32,000 bases of DNA from Gemmata obscuriglobus (GCF_008065095.1 NZ_CP042911.1:4140001-4172000); one strand, 5' to 3'; positions 1 through 10,154 are shown, counted from the stretch's first letter. The notes: generated by a model from the letters alone, not told the origin. Program-made: numbers and translations.

Positions 1-324
1 GGTTACTGTTCTTGCTGTACTCGATGGCTGAATGTTTCGCGCACCCGGCGCGTTCAACGCGCTGGCGACACAATTCAGCTTGAGGCGAGGCCCTGCTTGA
101 CACTCGGGCGTGACGAACCTCGCGCTCGGAAACGGTTCGATGCGGTTCGAGACGAACCGCACCGGCCTAACGACGTGGCGCGGGTTGTGTAACACCTCAA
201 AGGGCCAAGTACTCGTTCGCGACCGCACAAGTCTGACTGCGCGTGGGGCTGGTGGACCCGGCCCGGCGTTTCATCCTCCGCATGCGCGGCCGATGTTGCG
301 GCACGGGGCGGGTGACCCGGCGCG

Positions 325-735
325 TCAGTCCTTCAACTCGATCACAACCCCGTCGTTGGTGCCTTGCTTCAGGGTGATCCGCACGCCGCTGGAGTTCGGC
401 TGCTGGAACTTTGGCGGAAGGTTGAACTTGGCCGCGGGCGGTTGCTTCGTTCCGGGCGGGAGCTGCCCGGGAACCGGTGGCTGAAGGAACACTTTGTACT
501 CGGTCGCATCCAGCGGGCCTTCGATCTTGAACGCACCGTTCTCGGACAAGATCGCCTGCCCCCCGGAGCCGGTGTCCGAGATCAGGTTGATCGACCCGAC
601 CGTTTGCGGCTTCCCGTTGTAGCTCACGGTGCCGCTCACGGAGGCGGTCGGTTTTTGGCTCGAGCACCCGGCAACGAGGCACAGCACGACGAACACAGCG
701 CCGCTGAGTTTACGGGCCGGGAATCCTGTTGTCAT
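325..735 (-). CDS. small secreted lipoprotein, probable partner of the upstream DUF1559 gene
   Basis: Internal ATG at 733-735 of the 325..1059 ORF gives MTTGFPARKLSGAVFVVLCLVAGCSS, a signal peptide with an LVAGC lipobox. The body is about 110 aa and beta-rich (SGTVSYNGKP...). It lies 68 nt downstream of, and co-directional with, the DUF1559 gene. The upstream part of the long ORF is Arg-rich GC noise. Confidence 0.7.
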   Translation of the reverse strand: MTTGFPARKLSGAVFVVLCLVAGCSSQKPTASVSGTVSYNGKPQTVGSINLISDTGSGGQAILSENGAFKIEGPLDATEYKVFLQPPVPGQLPPGTKQPPAAKFNLPPKFQQPNSSGVRITLKQGTNDGVVIELKD

Positions 736-803
736 GGGTTCGGACACCTCGACTTGTGGGTAGGGTGGAGGGCGGGCGGGCGACCCCGCCCGGCACGGCG
801 GGG

Positions 804-1817
804 TCAGTTGAACGAAGCCACCAACCCGTCGTTGCGGGCGCACAGCCGCTGGAACGTGGTGAAGTCGATGCCGTCGTTCACGAAGCGGACCGACCCGTCG
901 GCGACGAGCACGTTGATGCCGCCGCTGTGGAACGAGTTCAAGACCGTGTTGCCGCCCCAACTGAACGCCGCCCCGCTCCCGCACGTTTTCGAGTTGATGG
1001 CGTAGGCGTTGGCGGTCAGCCCCATGCCCCAGAGGTCCCCGCACCCGCCGGTGCCGCACGAACCGACCCCGCGGGCCGACGTGTTCGTGCAGCCGCCCCA
1101 GGGGCTGAAGTACCCGTTCCGGGCGTCGCCGCTGGCGTAACTACAGTTCTGCACGTTGCCGGACTGTTCGGCGACGAAGATCGTGTTCGACAGGCCGTCC
1201 GTCACCCCGCTCACGGTCACCTGCTCGTTCCAGAGCAGCATCCCGTTGTTGGCCCACCACCCCCCGTAGTTCGATGCGGAGTACGCGGTCCCTCCCGACG
1301 GGTCCGGGTACGCGCCCATGACGCCCTGATACGCCGGCACCTGGTGGTTCTGTTGCGTCCACCACGTGACCCACGCCTGCGGCTGCGTTTCCGGTAGCGC
1401 GCTGGACGGGCACTTCCAGGTTTTGAGCACGGCGCCGTTGAGCACCGCCAGCGGTGTGGGGCTGGAGTACACGCGCTTCTTGAGCCGGCCGTTGATCGTC
1501 TCGCTCGGGAGCGCGTTGTACAGGTTGTCGAGTTCCAGGTACGGGAAGATCTCCACGCGCCAGTTGCCGTGTTCGATCCCGTAACCTTCTTGCCCCACCG
1601 GGTATTTCTGGTACGCGCCCTCGAAATTGTGGAGCGCGAGCCCGATCTGCTTGAGGTTGTTACTGCACTGCATGCGGGCCGCGGCCTCGCGCACTTTTTG
1701 CACCGCGGGCAACAAGAGGCCGATCAGGATCGCGATGATCGCGATCACCACCAGTAACTCGATGAGAGTGAATGCTCGGGCGACGGTTGGTCGCCGACGG
1801 GGGCGGGATGAGCGCAT
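804..1817 (-). CDS. DUF1559 / H-X9-DG protein with prepilin-type N-terminal cleavage/methylation domain
   Basis: ATG at 1815-1817 gives [66 protein letters not shown], the classic planctomycete pseudopilin-like N-terminus. C-terminal [16 protein letters not shown] matches the H-X9-DG motif. Confidence 0.9.
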   Translation of the reverse strand: MRSSRPRRRPTVARAFTLIELLVVIAIIAILIGLLLPAVQKVREAAARMQCSNNLKQIGLALHNFEGAYQKYPVGQEGYGIEHGNWRVEIFPYLELDNLYNALPSETINGRLKKRVYSSPTPLAVLNGAVLKTWKCPSSALPETQPQAWVTWWTQQNHQVPAYQGVMGAYPDPSGGTAYSASNYGGWWANNGMLLWNEQVTVSGVTDGLSNTIFVAEQSGNVQNCSYASGDARNGYFSPWGGCTNTSARGVGSCGTGGCGDLWGMGLTANAYAINSKTCGSGAAFSWGGNTVLNSFHSGGINVLVADGSVRFVNDGIDFTTFQRLCARNDGLVASFN

Positions 1818-2169
1818 AGAGGGTCCTGGAGCGAAGCGGGTATGAGTTTGCCGGGCCGGGAGAATGAAAGAGGCGGCGGGCCGGAGATGGAGAGGGAACG
1901 TTCGGAGAAGGTAACCGGTCACCGGGTCAAGTGCAACAGAATACTTGGCGCACGTTAACCACGCAACTACGGTCTCAAGATTGAAACGTGAGTCGGGGGG
2001 AATCGAGACGCGGTTTTTCGCCCCCCGGAACGAATCGCGGGCTCGGCCGCACCGGGTTGGCTCGCAACGGCCCGGGACGCTACACTGAACCCGTTCCGGT
2101 GCGTCGTCCCCGCTTGCGCCGCGCCGGAGGTCCGAACCCTCTCAGGCCTCTGCCCGTCCGGAGCCCCCG

Positions 2170-3342
2170 GTGACCAAACCCGATCCCGCGCCACGCCCGC
2201 CTGCCGCACCCGCCGACCTGGAGATCAAAGACGCACAGCTCATCTTCCCGGCCGTCTGGGCCGACCTGCTCGAGAAACACGGCGCGGACGTTCAGTTCCC
2301 GAGCGAGTTCATCTGGCTGGGCGGCGCGCCCGGGGCGGGGAAGGGCACCAACACCCCGTTCATCGCCCGCGCCCGCGACATCACCGCGCCTCCCGTTGTC
2401 ATCAGCGCGCTGCTCACCACGCCGCAGGCCGTGGCGATCAAGAACGCGGGCCAACTGGTCGGCGACCGCGAGGTGGTCGCGCTGCTGCTCGAGGAACTGC
2501 TCCACCCGCAGTACCGCGACGGGGTGATCGTGGACGGGTTCCCGCGCACCAAGGTCCAGGTCGAGTGCTTGAAGCTGTTCTACCACGCGCTGCTCGCCCG
2601 GGGCGGCCCGCCGCCGATGTTCCGGATCGCCCTGCTGTTCGTCACCGAGGAGGTGAGCGTCGAACGGCAACTGAAGCGCGGGCGCGAGGTGCTGGAGCAC
2701 AACCGGCAGGTGCGCGCCTCCGGGGCGGGGGAGCGACTGGAGGAGCGCGTCACCGACCTCGACCCGGGGCTGTGCCGCAAGCGGTATCAGGGCTTCAAGG
2801 ACACCACGTTCGACGCCCTGCAGTCGCTGCGGCAGATCTTCCACTTCCACTTCATTGAGGCCGACGGCGACCTGGGTGAGGTGCAGCGGAACATCGTCCG
2901 GGAGTTCGCGTACCAGAGCTCGCTGGAACTGAGCCCCGAGGTGTTCCAGAGCATCCAGCACCTGCCGCTGGCCACGGAACTGGCGCGGCACGCGCGGCAG
3001 GAGCTGGTGCGGCGGCTGGAGCAGTACGCGCGCGAGAACCCCGACGCGTTCCGCCGGGTGATCGGGTGGATCGAGACGAAACTGCTCCCGATCGTTCACG
3101 CCCACGCCATGTCGGGGCACGCCCAGATCAACAGCGAGGAGGCGCTCCTCGACGACCCCACGGCCCTGCGGATGATGATCGACGTGCTTTCCGAACGCGG
3201 GTTCCACGTGACCGTCGATCTCCACCGCGTGGACGTGCCCGAGCGGGTCGACCCGCAGACGTGGGCGATCATCTGCCAGACGAAGAAAGTGTTTCGGATC
3301 GAGATCCGCTACCCCCCGTCGGACATCCGCCGCGGGCACTGA
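2170..3342 (+). CDS. adenylate/nucleoside-monophosphate kinase-like P-loop protein with about 150-aa C-terminal extension of unknown function
   Basis: GTG start at 2170. P-loop GAPGAGKGT; NMP-binding-like LVGDREVVALLLEEL and DGFPRTKVQVECL resemble adenylate kinase. The region after about residue 240 (ELSPEVFQSIQHLP...FRIEIRYPPSDIRRGH) has no kinase motif I recognise. Confidence 0.75.
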   Translation: MTKPDPAPRPPAAPADLEIKDAQLIFPAVWADLLEKHGADVQFPSEFIWLGGAPGAGKGTNTPFIARARDITAPPVVISALLTTPQAVAIKNAGQLVGDREVVALLLEELLHPQYRDGVIVDGFPRTKVQVECLKLFYHALLARGGPPPMFRIALLFVTEEVSVERQLKRGREVLEHNRQVRASGAGERLEERVTDLDPGLCRKRYQGFKDTTFDALQSLRQIFHFHFIEADGDLGEVQRNIVREFAYQSSLELSPEVFQSIQHLPLATELARHARQELVRRLEQYARENPDAFRRVIGWIETKLLPIVHAHAMSGHAQINSEEALLDDPTALRMMIDVLSERGFHVTVDLHRVDVPERVDPQTWAIICQTKKVFRIEIRYPPSDIRRGH

Positions 3343-3379
3343 CGCGACCCAGGGTGCGGGTCGGTCGGGGAACCACTGG

Positions 3380-3401
3380 GCTCCGGCAACTGGGCCGGAG
3401 C
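3380..3401. terminator. hairpin between convergent genes (GCTCCGGC-aactgg-GCCGGAGC)
   Basis: Perfect 8-bp GC stem with a 6-nt loop, lying between the stop at 3342 (+) and the stop at 3478 (-). There is no T-run, so terminator function is only presumed. Confidence 0.35.
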
Positions 3402-3477
3402 TGAACAAGTACCAACCAGGCTGAGTGCCGGGTTGTCTGTTCCCAGCCGGGCTTTGCCTTGGCAGCACATCAAGTGC

Positions 3478-4332
3478 TCACGCGACCGGGTTCCGGAGCG
3501 TGCCGATGCCGGTGATGGTGATGCTCACGTCGTCGCCCGACTTCAGCGTGAAGTCGTCCGGGGGAACGATCCCGGTGCCGGTGAGCAGCAGCGCCCCGTG
3601 CGGGAACTCGTTCTCCTTGAACAGCCACTCCGCGAGGCTCTCGACCGTCCGCGCCATCTGGGCCAGCGTGGTGCTCCCCTCGAACGCGGTCTTGCCGCCG
3701 CGGGCGATCACCAACCGGATCTCGACCCCCGGGAGTTCGGGCATCAGGGCGGCCGGGGTCACCAGCGGGCCGACCGAGCACGACCCCCGATAAATCTTCG
3801 CCTGCGGCAGATACAGCGGGTTCTCGCCTTCGATGTCGCGCGAACTCATGTCGTTGCCGATCGTGTATCCCACGATCGTGCCGGCGGGCGAAATGACCAG
3901 CGCGAGTTCCGGTTCCGGGACGCTCCAAGTCGCGTCGGTCCGGACGCGAACCGGGGAGCCGGGGGCGACCACGCGCGCCGGTGTTGCCTTCAGGAACAAC
4001 TCCGGGCGCGGAGCGGAGTAGACCTTGTCGTAGAACTGCGCGGCCCCGACCGATTCTTCCTCGCGGGCGATCTTGCTCCGCTTGTAGGTCACGCCCGCGG
4101 CCCACACCTCTTGCTGGTCCACCGGGGGCCGGAACTGTGTGGTTTCGAGCCGGTCGGCGGTGGCGCTGGTGTCGAGCAGTTCGCGGGCGGTCGCAACCGG
4201 GTCCGGCGCGTGGAGCAGGTCAGCCAGCGTCCGGACCGCGGGGTTGCGGCCCAGATCGAGCGGGTACACCACCCCTCGCTCCACGGCCACCACCGTCTCC
4301 CGACCGCCGCGTAGCGCTTTCCCGAATTGCAT
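3478..4332 (-). CDS. fumarylacetoacetate hydrolase (FAH) family protein (2-keto-3-deoxy-sugar-acid dehydratase-like)
   Basis: Translation has FAH-fold hallmarks: WSVPEPELALVISPAGTIVGYTIGNDMSSRDIEGENPLYLPQAKIY ... GALLLTGTGIVPPDDFTLKSGDDVSITITGIGTLRNPV. The ATG at 4330-4332 (MQFGKAL) is preceded by GGGAG. An alternative GTG start lies at 4344. Confidence 0.85.
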   Translation of the reverse strand: MQFGKALRGGRETVVAVERGVVYPLDLGRNPAVRTLADLLHAPDPVATARELLDTSATADRLETTQFRPPVDQQEVWAAGVTYKRSKIAREEESVGAAQFYDKVYSAPRPELFLKATPARVVAPGSPVRVRTDATWSVPEPELALVISPAGTIVGYTIGNDMSSRDIEGENPLYLPQAKIYRGSCSVGPLVTPAALMPELPGVEIRLVIARGGKTAFEGSTTLAQMARTVESLAEWLFKENEFPHGALLLTGTGIVPPDDFTLKSGDDVSITITGIGTLRNPVA

Positions 4333-4580
4333 GACCGCTCCCACACGTGAAGAGGATTTCGTACCGTCGTTGTATGCCCGTGCCGTCCCGCTTCACTCCG
4401 GGGCGAGCCGCATTTCTCGCAGCCGATACCCAGGGGTTGCGAACGCCGGCGCTGTCACCGCCGGGGTCCCGGAACGCATCCGCCGGAACCGGCACTGCGC
4501 CGAAGTCGCAGACGAGGTCCACCTGGCGCGAGGGCGACCGGCCGGCAGGGGGCACCGAAACCGTTGCTCCTCCATCGCCC

Positions 4581-5984
4581 CTACTTCAGAACCTGGCGGA
4601 CCGGCTCGCCGTGGCAGATCGCGAGCGGGCGCCCCTGGGTGTCGTGGATCTCGGTGTCGCGCGGGATGCCGAGACAGTGGTAAATCGTTGCGTGGATGTC
4701 CTGCGGGAGAACGCGACCGTCCTTGGGGTACGCCGCGAGTTTGTCGCTCGCCCCGTGAACCGCGCCGCCCTTGACGCCGCCGCCCGCGAGCGCGATCGAG
4801 AAGCACGGCCCCCAGTGGTCGCGCCCGCCGGCACCGTTGATTTTCGGCGTGCGACCGAACTCCGCCATCCACACCACGAGCGTGTCTTCCAGCAACCCGC
4901 GGTCGGCCAGGTCCTCGATCAGCGCGCTGTAGGCGGCGTCGAGGACCGGCATGAGCTTTCGCACGCCCTCGGTGTTTTTGCTGTGGGTGTCCCAGTGCCC
5001 GTTGTTGGGCGCGTCCGGCACGCGGGTCCAGTTCACACGCACCAGTGGCACCCCCGCCTCAACCAGGCGCCGGGCGAGCAGGCACGACTGCCCGAACCGG
5101 GTCCGCCCGTACCGGTCGCGGGCGCGGGGGCCTTCGGAATCGAGGTCGAACGCCTTCCGGGCCGCCGGCGACGTGATCATCTCGAATGCGCGGCGCGTGT
5201 GGGCGTCGGCACTCAGTTCCGACACGCCGCTCCGGTGCGAGGGGTGCGCCTGCGCGCCGCCGAGCGCGTCGAGCAGCCCTTTCCGACCGTCGAACCGCGG
5301 CGCCGGCACGTCTGTCGGCAGGCTCAGCCCCGGGACCTCGAACGTGCCCAACTCGGGGGCGCAGTTCATGAGCCACGGGTCGCTGGCGCGCCCCAGGAAC
5401 CCCGCGTCCTGTCCGGGCCAGGTGAACCCGCCGTCGTTCGCGCTCTGTTCCGGTAGGGTGACCGCCGCCGGGAGCGTGCAGCGCGGCTGAAGCACCTTCT
5501 TCACCACCGCGCCCAGGGAGGGCCAGTCGTTGGGCGCTCCGGGCTTGGCGTTCTCGACCTGCATCGGGACGTGCGCGTGCCCGGTGGTCATGAAGTAGCC
5601 GCTGGCGGAGTGGGCGTTGTCGTTGGTCTGGCACGCCCGCAGGACCGCGATGCGCTCGGTCAGGCGTGCGGTGCGCACCATCGTTTCGCCGATCAGGAGT
5701 CCGGGCGTGGCGGTGCGGATGACGCCCATGTCGCCGCGGGCTTCGGCGGGCGAATCCGGCTTCGGGTCCCAGGTCTCCTGCTGTGGCGGTGCGCCCAACA
5801 GGAACAACAGAATGACGCTTCTGGGCCTTCGGGTGAGCGCCGGGCGTCCGTCTCTCGGCCCTTCAGCCGCAAGAAGTGTCGGAAGGGTGAGCCCGAACGC
5901 GCCGAGCGAGCCGACCGTGAGAGCTTCGCGGCGGGTGACACGGTCGCAGAGGCTCGCGGCCTCGCGGGTCAAAAGGGAGAGCAT
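4581..5984 (-). CDS. DUF1501 domain protein (sulfatase-like fold, Tat-type signal)
   Basis: ATG at 5982-5984 gives MLSLLTREAASLCDRVTRREALTVGSLGAFGL, a twin-arginine-like leader. C-terminal WMAEFGRTPKINGAGGRDHWGPCFSIALAGGGVKGG is the DUF1501 signature common in Planctomycetota. Confidence 0.9.
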   Translation of the reverse strand: MLSLLTREAASLCDRVTRREALTVGSLGAFGLTLPTLLAAEGPRDGRPALTRRPRSVILLFLLGAPPQQETWDPKPDSPAEARGDMGVIRTATPGLLIGETMVRTARLTERIAVLRACQTNDNAHSASGYFMTTGHAHVPMQVENAKPGAPNDWPSLGAVVKKVLQPRCTLPAAVTLPEQSANDGGFTWPGQDAGFLGRASDPWLMNCAPELGTFEVPGLSLPTDVPAPRFDGRKGLLDALGGAQAHPSHRSGVSELSADAHTRRAFEMITSPAARKAFDLDSEGPRARDRYGRTRFGQSCLLARRLVEAGVPLVRVNWTRVPDAPNNGHWDTHSKNTEGVRKLMPVLDAAYSALIEDLADRGLLEDTLVVWMAEFGRTPKINGAGGRDHWGPCFSIALAGGGVKGGAVHGASDKLAAYPKDGRVLPQDIHATIYHCLGIPRDTEIHDTQGRPLAICHGEPVRQVLK

Positions 5985-6543
5985 CGGCGGGGCTCGCGCG
6001 GGTGGGGGGAAGCGCGTCGGTCGGTGGGTGAGTTTAGTATGCCGTGAGGTGTGGTGGAAATGAAGCGAAATCCATGATCTTGAGATGGTGATCTTTCGCA
6101 TCCCCTCCGACGGTTTTACCGGCCAAGGTGTTGTTGACCGGGGCAAGGATTGCGCGCCGGTGTCTACGTCGCCAGCACCGACGCGCGAATCAATTTGGGA
6201 GGTGGAGCGGTAACTGCGGCGTTGGCGACTACGCCGACGAGATCGCGACTGGAGCAACGGGTTGGGTCACGGTCAGCGGTACAGGCTGGGCGGGCACGAG
6301 TTTTGACAGCGATGGTGCCCGCATGGATGTGACCGGATCGCAGATCACCTCGGGCGTTGGGCAGTCAGCGTAACCGGCCCTGTCTCCGGCATGGGCGCAT
6401 CTCACCAGGACGATGTCTCCTGTCCGTGCGTTGTTGCCCACTCGCTCGCCCGAAACGACCTCAATAAACCCCGTTGCCAACGCGACCGAAACGCGACACA
6501 CTGTCGTCACCCGCCACCGCTCCCCGCCACGTTTGGGTGCCTC

Positions 6544-8727
6544 ATGCCTCTCATTCTCCTACTCGCGGCCGTTTCGGCCGCTCCCGATCTCCCCATCGCC
6601 CCGCCCCCGCGCCCGGCCGTGCCGCCCGGCATCGACCCGGCCCTCGCGGACTGGACCCCGCGCCCGGCCGTGGGAAAGGCCGAGCCGTGGGAGCGGATGA
6701 CCGACAAGGATTGGATCGACCCGCGGTTCCGCGACATGAACACGGGGCCGTTCCTGAACTGCACGATGCAGTACCCGCTCGGCAAGGGACGTGAAACGAT
6801 CTACAAGGCGACCGTGGTGCGGGTGGGCGCGAAGGACGAGTTCGCGGCCGTATTCGACCGCTCCACCATGCGGGTGAGTGCCGCGTGGGCCGGCGGGTAC
6901 CTGAACCACAGCGACCGCCGCTTCGGTCTGCTCAACACGCCGACGCCGAAGGGCGAAATGCTGTTCGCCAACGCCGCCGGCCCCGGCTGGGCCGACCCGA
7001 ACGGCACGTGGGACGCGCCGAAACCGTTCACCGCACCGCTGCGGAAAGAGTGGGCCAAGTACCGCGGGCTGTACGTTCACGGCAGTCGCGTCGTGTTCAG
7101 CTATACCGTAAACGGGCGCGACGTGCTCGAGTCGGTGGCCCTCGGTGCGACCAAGAGCGGGAAACAGGTGCCGCTGCGGACGATCGAAGTTCAGCCCGGC
7201 ACGGCAGCCGTCACCCCCGCGCCGGCGCGCGTGCGCAACAACACGCCCGCCCGCGAGATCAAAAGCCCGCTGCCGGTTCAAATCGTCGAACCGTTCGAGA
7301 ACGAAGCGGTTTCCGTAAAGGGGAACAGCCTCGCCGATCTGACGAAAGGCGGCCCAAAACGCTGGGGCGATCCGATCGTCACCCAACTCGTCCGCGGGAA
7401 GCCCGCCGGGGCGTTCGCGGTGGACACGCTGACCATCCCGTACAAGAACCGCTTCGGCGCGCTGTTCTTCTGCACCGGCGTGGACTTCCTCAAAGACGGC
7501 CGGATCGCGATGTGTACCTGTCACGGCGACGTGTGGCTGGTCACGGTCGACGAGAAGGAGGGAACGTGCTCCTGGCAGCGGTATGCGACCGGGCTCTACC
7601 ACCCGCTCGGGCTGAAAGTCGTTGACGGGAAGGTGGTTGTTCTCGAGCGCGGGCAACTCACCCGCCTCCACGACCTGAACGCCGACGGCGAGGCCGATTT
7701 CTACGAGTGCGTGAGCAACGACTGGCACACCGGGGCCGGCGAACACTCCTACGACACCTGCCTGGAAACCGACCCCGAAGGCAACTTCTACTTTTTCAAG
7801 ACCGGCGACACGCACCTCCCGTCCGGCGGCACCCTGATCCGCGTCACGAAGGACGGCGCGAAGGCCGAAGTGTTCTGCACCGGGTTCCGGCACCCGATCG
7901 GGATGGGCATGTCGCCGACCGGCGTGCTGACCGGCGCGGACCAGGAAGGGAACTGGATGCCCGCCACCCGCATCGACCAGTACCGTAAAGGCGGGTTCTA
8001 CGGTGACATGCGCGGACACCACCGCGCCACCCCGCCCACAACTTACAACAACCCGCTGTGCTGGCTCCCGCGCGAGGTGGACAACTCGGCCGGCGGCCAG
8101 GTATGGGTGCCGAAGGGAGCGTTCGGGCCGCTCGCCGGGCTCCCGCTCCACCTCTCTTACGGCCGATGTCGGCCCTACGTATTACTCCGGCAGGAGTTGA
8201 GCGACGGCTCGGCGCAAGGCGGGGTCGCCGGTCTCGGCATCCAGTTCCTGTCAGGTGTGTGCCGCGGGCGCTTTGGACCCGACGGCAACCTGTACGCGTG
8301 CGGGCTCAACGGCTGGCAGACGGCGGCCCAGGCGGACGGGTGTTTGCAGCGCGTGCGGTACACCGGTCAGCCGCTCGACGTGGCAACGGGGCTGGAGGTG
8401 CGGGGTAATGTGCTGAAGCTCACGTTTGCCCGGCCCTTGGACCCGAAATCGATCGCGGTGACCGACAACTACCGCTGCGCGTGGTGGAACTACCGGTGGA
8501 GCGGCGAGTACGGTTCCAAGCGCTGGAAGCCGTCCGACCCGACCGCCGAGGGCCAGGACGACGTTCCCGTTCAGAGCGCCACGCTCTCGACCGACGGGCG
8601 GACGCTGGAACTCACGTTCGCGGCACTTAAGCCGGTGATGCAAATGCAGGTCGGGTACAACGTGAAGGCCGCGGACGGCGCCGCGGTGACCGGCTCAGTG
8701 GTCCTGACCATTAACAGCACCAAATGA
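6544..8727 (+). CDS. secreted beta-propeller protein of the PVC 'putative membrane-bound dehydrogenase' family, without a cytochrome c module
   Basis: ATG at 6544 gives MPLILLLAAVSAAP, a signal peptide. Also present: GVDFLKDGRIAMCTCHGDVWLV, LHDLNADGEADFYE, FRHPIGMGMSP and GNWMPATRIDQYRKGGFYG, which resemble the glucose/sorbosone-dehydrogenase-like propeller. I saw no CxxCH motif. Confidence 0.8.
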   Translation: MPLILLLAAVSAAPDLPIAPPPRPAVPPGIDPALADWTPRPAVGKAEPWERMTDKDWIDPRFRDMNTGPFLNCTMQYPLGKGRETIYKATVVRVGAKDEFAAVFDRSTMRVSAAWAGGYLNHSDRRFGLLNTPTPKGEMLFANAAGPGWADPNGTWDAPKPFTAPLRKEWAKYRGLYVHGSRVVFSYTVNGRDVLESVALGATKSGKQVPLRTIEVQPGTAAVTPAPARVRNNTPAREIKSPLPVQIVEPFENEAVSVKGNSLADLTKGGPKRWGDPIVTQLVRGKPAGAFAVDTLTIPYKNRFGALFFCTGVDFLKDGRIAMCTCHGDVWLVTVDEKEGTCSWQRYATGLYHPLGLKVVDGKVVVLERGQLTRLHDLNADGEADFYECVSNDWHTGAGEHSYDTCLETDPEGNFYFFKTGDTHLPSGGTLIRVTKDGAKAEVFCTGFRHPIGMGMSPTGVLTGADQEGNWMPATRIDQYRKGGFYGDMRGHHRATPPTTYNNPLCWLPREVDNSAGGQVWVPKGAFGPLAGLPLHLSYGRCRPYVLLRQELSDGSAQGGVAGLGIQFLSGVCRGRFGPDGNLYACGLNGWQTAAQADGCLQRVRYTGQPLDVATGLEVRGNVLKLTFARPLDPKSIAVTDNYRCAWWNYRWSGEYGSKRWKPSDPTAEGQDDVPVQSATLSTDGRTLELTFAALKPVMQMQVGYNVKAADGAAVTGSVVLTINSTK

Positions 8728-9134
8728 GCGCGCCCGCATAAAATCGCGCAGCTTCAGGCTACTGATACCAAAGCTGATCGGTCCGTAATCCCGTCCGACG
8801 TTCGCTGAGTCGCGCCGCTTTGGTGGAACCAGGACTTCCACCGACGGATACGGATCAGTCAGATTTTGCCCAGCTCTGGTGTAAACAGTATTAATGCATG
8901 AATTTATGTAAAAATGTTATCATTGTAGTCGATTTTTGTTGCGATACTGTGCGATCTTCATTGCGTGACCAATGCACCCCTCAAGTAGCCGCCGGGCTCC
9001 CGCTGTGGCGTTCAACGGAGCATGGGTCGGCCGCCGCGGTACAAAAACATGTTGCACCGCGGCATTATTTCTTTGGGTCACAGAGGTCTCGATCTTCTGT
9101 GCAGCCAGTCGGGCGCGACTTGGGTCCGGGCCGC

Positions 9135-10064
9135 TCACCACTCCGATACGTTCACCACTTCGCCGCCGGACCGAGTTGCAAGGGACGGGAGGATGTCGCG
9201 CGCGGCGTGGCGGAAGAAGTGAACCGACCCGTCGGCGAACAGAAAGTTCGCGCCGCCCGCATGAAGGCTCCAGTAGTGGTACCGATCGCAGGGGTTTTCG
9301 GTCCGACCGGGTCCAAACACAAATGGCCCGCCGCAGCGTTCGCCCGGTGGCGGGTAGTTGATGATTGGCATATCCTCATCGGGTCCGTAGAGCGTGCCCC
9401 AATAGCCGTTCGGCGGAGCCAACCGAGCGTACCATCCCCCGGCCTGGAACGTATCCGGCGGGGGGCGCTCTCCCACCGCTACCGTTTGACTGGCACCGTC
9501 CGAGATGTCTGTCAACCGCACACCCGGGTACTGCCCCATGACCCCATCATTGGCCTGCTTACCGCTCACGCCCATATACGACGTGCAGGCCATTGAAAGC
9601 CGGTCCCGAGTCGCCACCGGGGCCGTCAACCGACCGTCGGACGGACACTGGTAGGGTTTCACGACGGCGCTGAACCCGACGTGGGGCGGGTTACAGAGCG
9701 GGTCCAGAGGGTGCGTGACGAGGGCCCGCTCTGTTCCCTCCGACAACGCCGCTTGATCCATTTGCGCCAGTATTTGTGCCATCCACGTAACGGTCACGGG
9801 CGGTCGGCGCAGTGCGTTTTGGGGCACCCCGTCGGGCAACCGGCCGTGGGAGGCGTGGTAGTTCTGAAGGGCGAGACCGATCTGTTTCAGATTATTTTGA
9901 CAGGAGGTGCGGGCCGCTCCCCCGCGAATTTTTTGCACAGCCGGGAGCAAAAGGCCTATTAACAAGCCAACGATCCCCAAGACCACCAGCAGTTCCACCA
10001 AACTGAACCCGGGCCGTTCGGATGTGTTCGATGGGATACCAATACGGGCGGATGGGACGCTCAT
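9135..10064 (-). CDS. DUF1559 / H-X9-DG protein with prepilin-type N-terminal domain (second copy)
   Basis: ATG at 10062-10064. [54 protein letters not shown]; C-terminal [16 protein letters not shown]. Confidence 0.9.
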   Translation of the reverse strand: MSVPSARIGIPSNTSERPGFSLVELLVVLGIVGLLIGLLLPAVQKIRGGAARTSCQNNLKQIGLALQNYHASHGRLPDGVPQNALRRPPVTVTWMAQILAQMDQAALSEGTERALVTHPLDPLCNPPHVGFSAVVKPYQCPSDGRLTAPVATRDRLSMACTSYMGVSGKQANDGVMGQYPGVRLTDISDGASQTVAVGERPPPDTFQAGGWYARLAPPNGYWGTLYGPDEDMPIINYPPPGERCGGPFVFGPGRTENPCDRYHYWSLHAGGANFLFADGSVHFFRHAARDILPSLATRSGGEVVNVSEW

Positions 10065-10079
10065 TGTTCGGTTCCGGTC

Positions 10080-10097
10080 GTGACGGTGACGGTGACA
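10080..10097. repeat. short tandem hexamer repeat (GTGACG x3, last copy GTGACA)
   Basis: Read directly in the 90-nt spacer, immediately upstream (on the minus strand) of the 10064 start codon. Confidence 0.5.
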
Positions 10098-10154
10098 GGT
10101 ATCTCAAACTCGAACTGCTGCTTTTCGAAGTGGGCAACGCACGAGACCCGAAAC

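Noticed and set aside
131-165. GCGGTTCGAGACGAACCGC looks like a tRNA T-arm (GGTTCGA).
   Set aside because: There is no acceptor, D or anticodon arm around it, and the loop and stem geometry is wrong. It is just a 7-bp hairpin in the poorly defined first 324 nt, for which I could not support any feature.
2080-3468. Long antisense or alternative-frame ORFs: 2080..3468(-), 6559..8151(-), 12655..13596(+ extension), 13471..14421(-), 14775..15650(-), 15900..17507(+), 16548..17711(-), 21477..22472(-), 29361..30131(-) and others.
   Set aside because: Their translations are Arg/Pro/Gly/Ala-rich low-complexity strings with no motifs. They overlap ORFs that have clear family signatures. Stop-codon-poor off-frames are expected in very GC-rich DNA.
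6128-6373. Gly/Thr-rich frames (INLGGGAVT..., TGWVTVSGTGWAGTSFDSDGARMDVTGSQITSG) resemble autotransporter-associated beta-strand repeats. This could be a pseudogene.
   Set aside because: The fragments are short and split across frames, with no start or signal peptide. The composition alone can produce such strings.
8894-8930. AT-rich strings at the two borders of the low-GC segment share ATGCAT..TTTA..TGTTAT (8894-8920 and 12055-12081). I considered them as att-like direct repeats.
   Set aside because: Identity is only about 60% with gaps, within low-complexity AT-rich DNA. No integrase or tRNA is nearby. That is too weak to call island boundaries.
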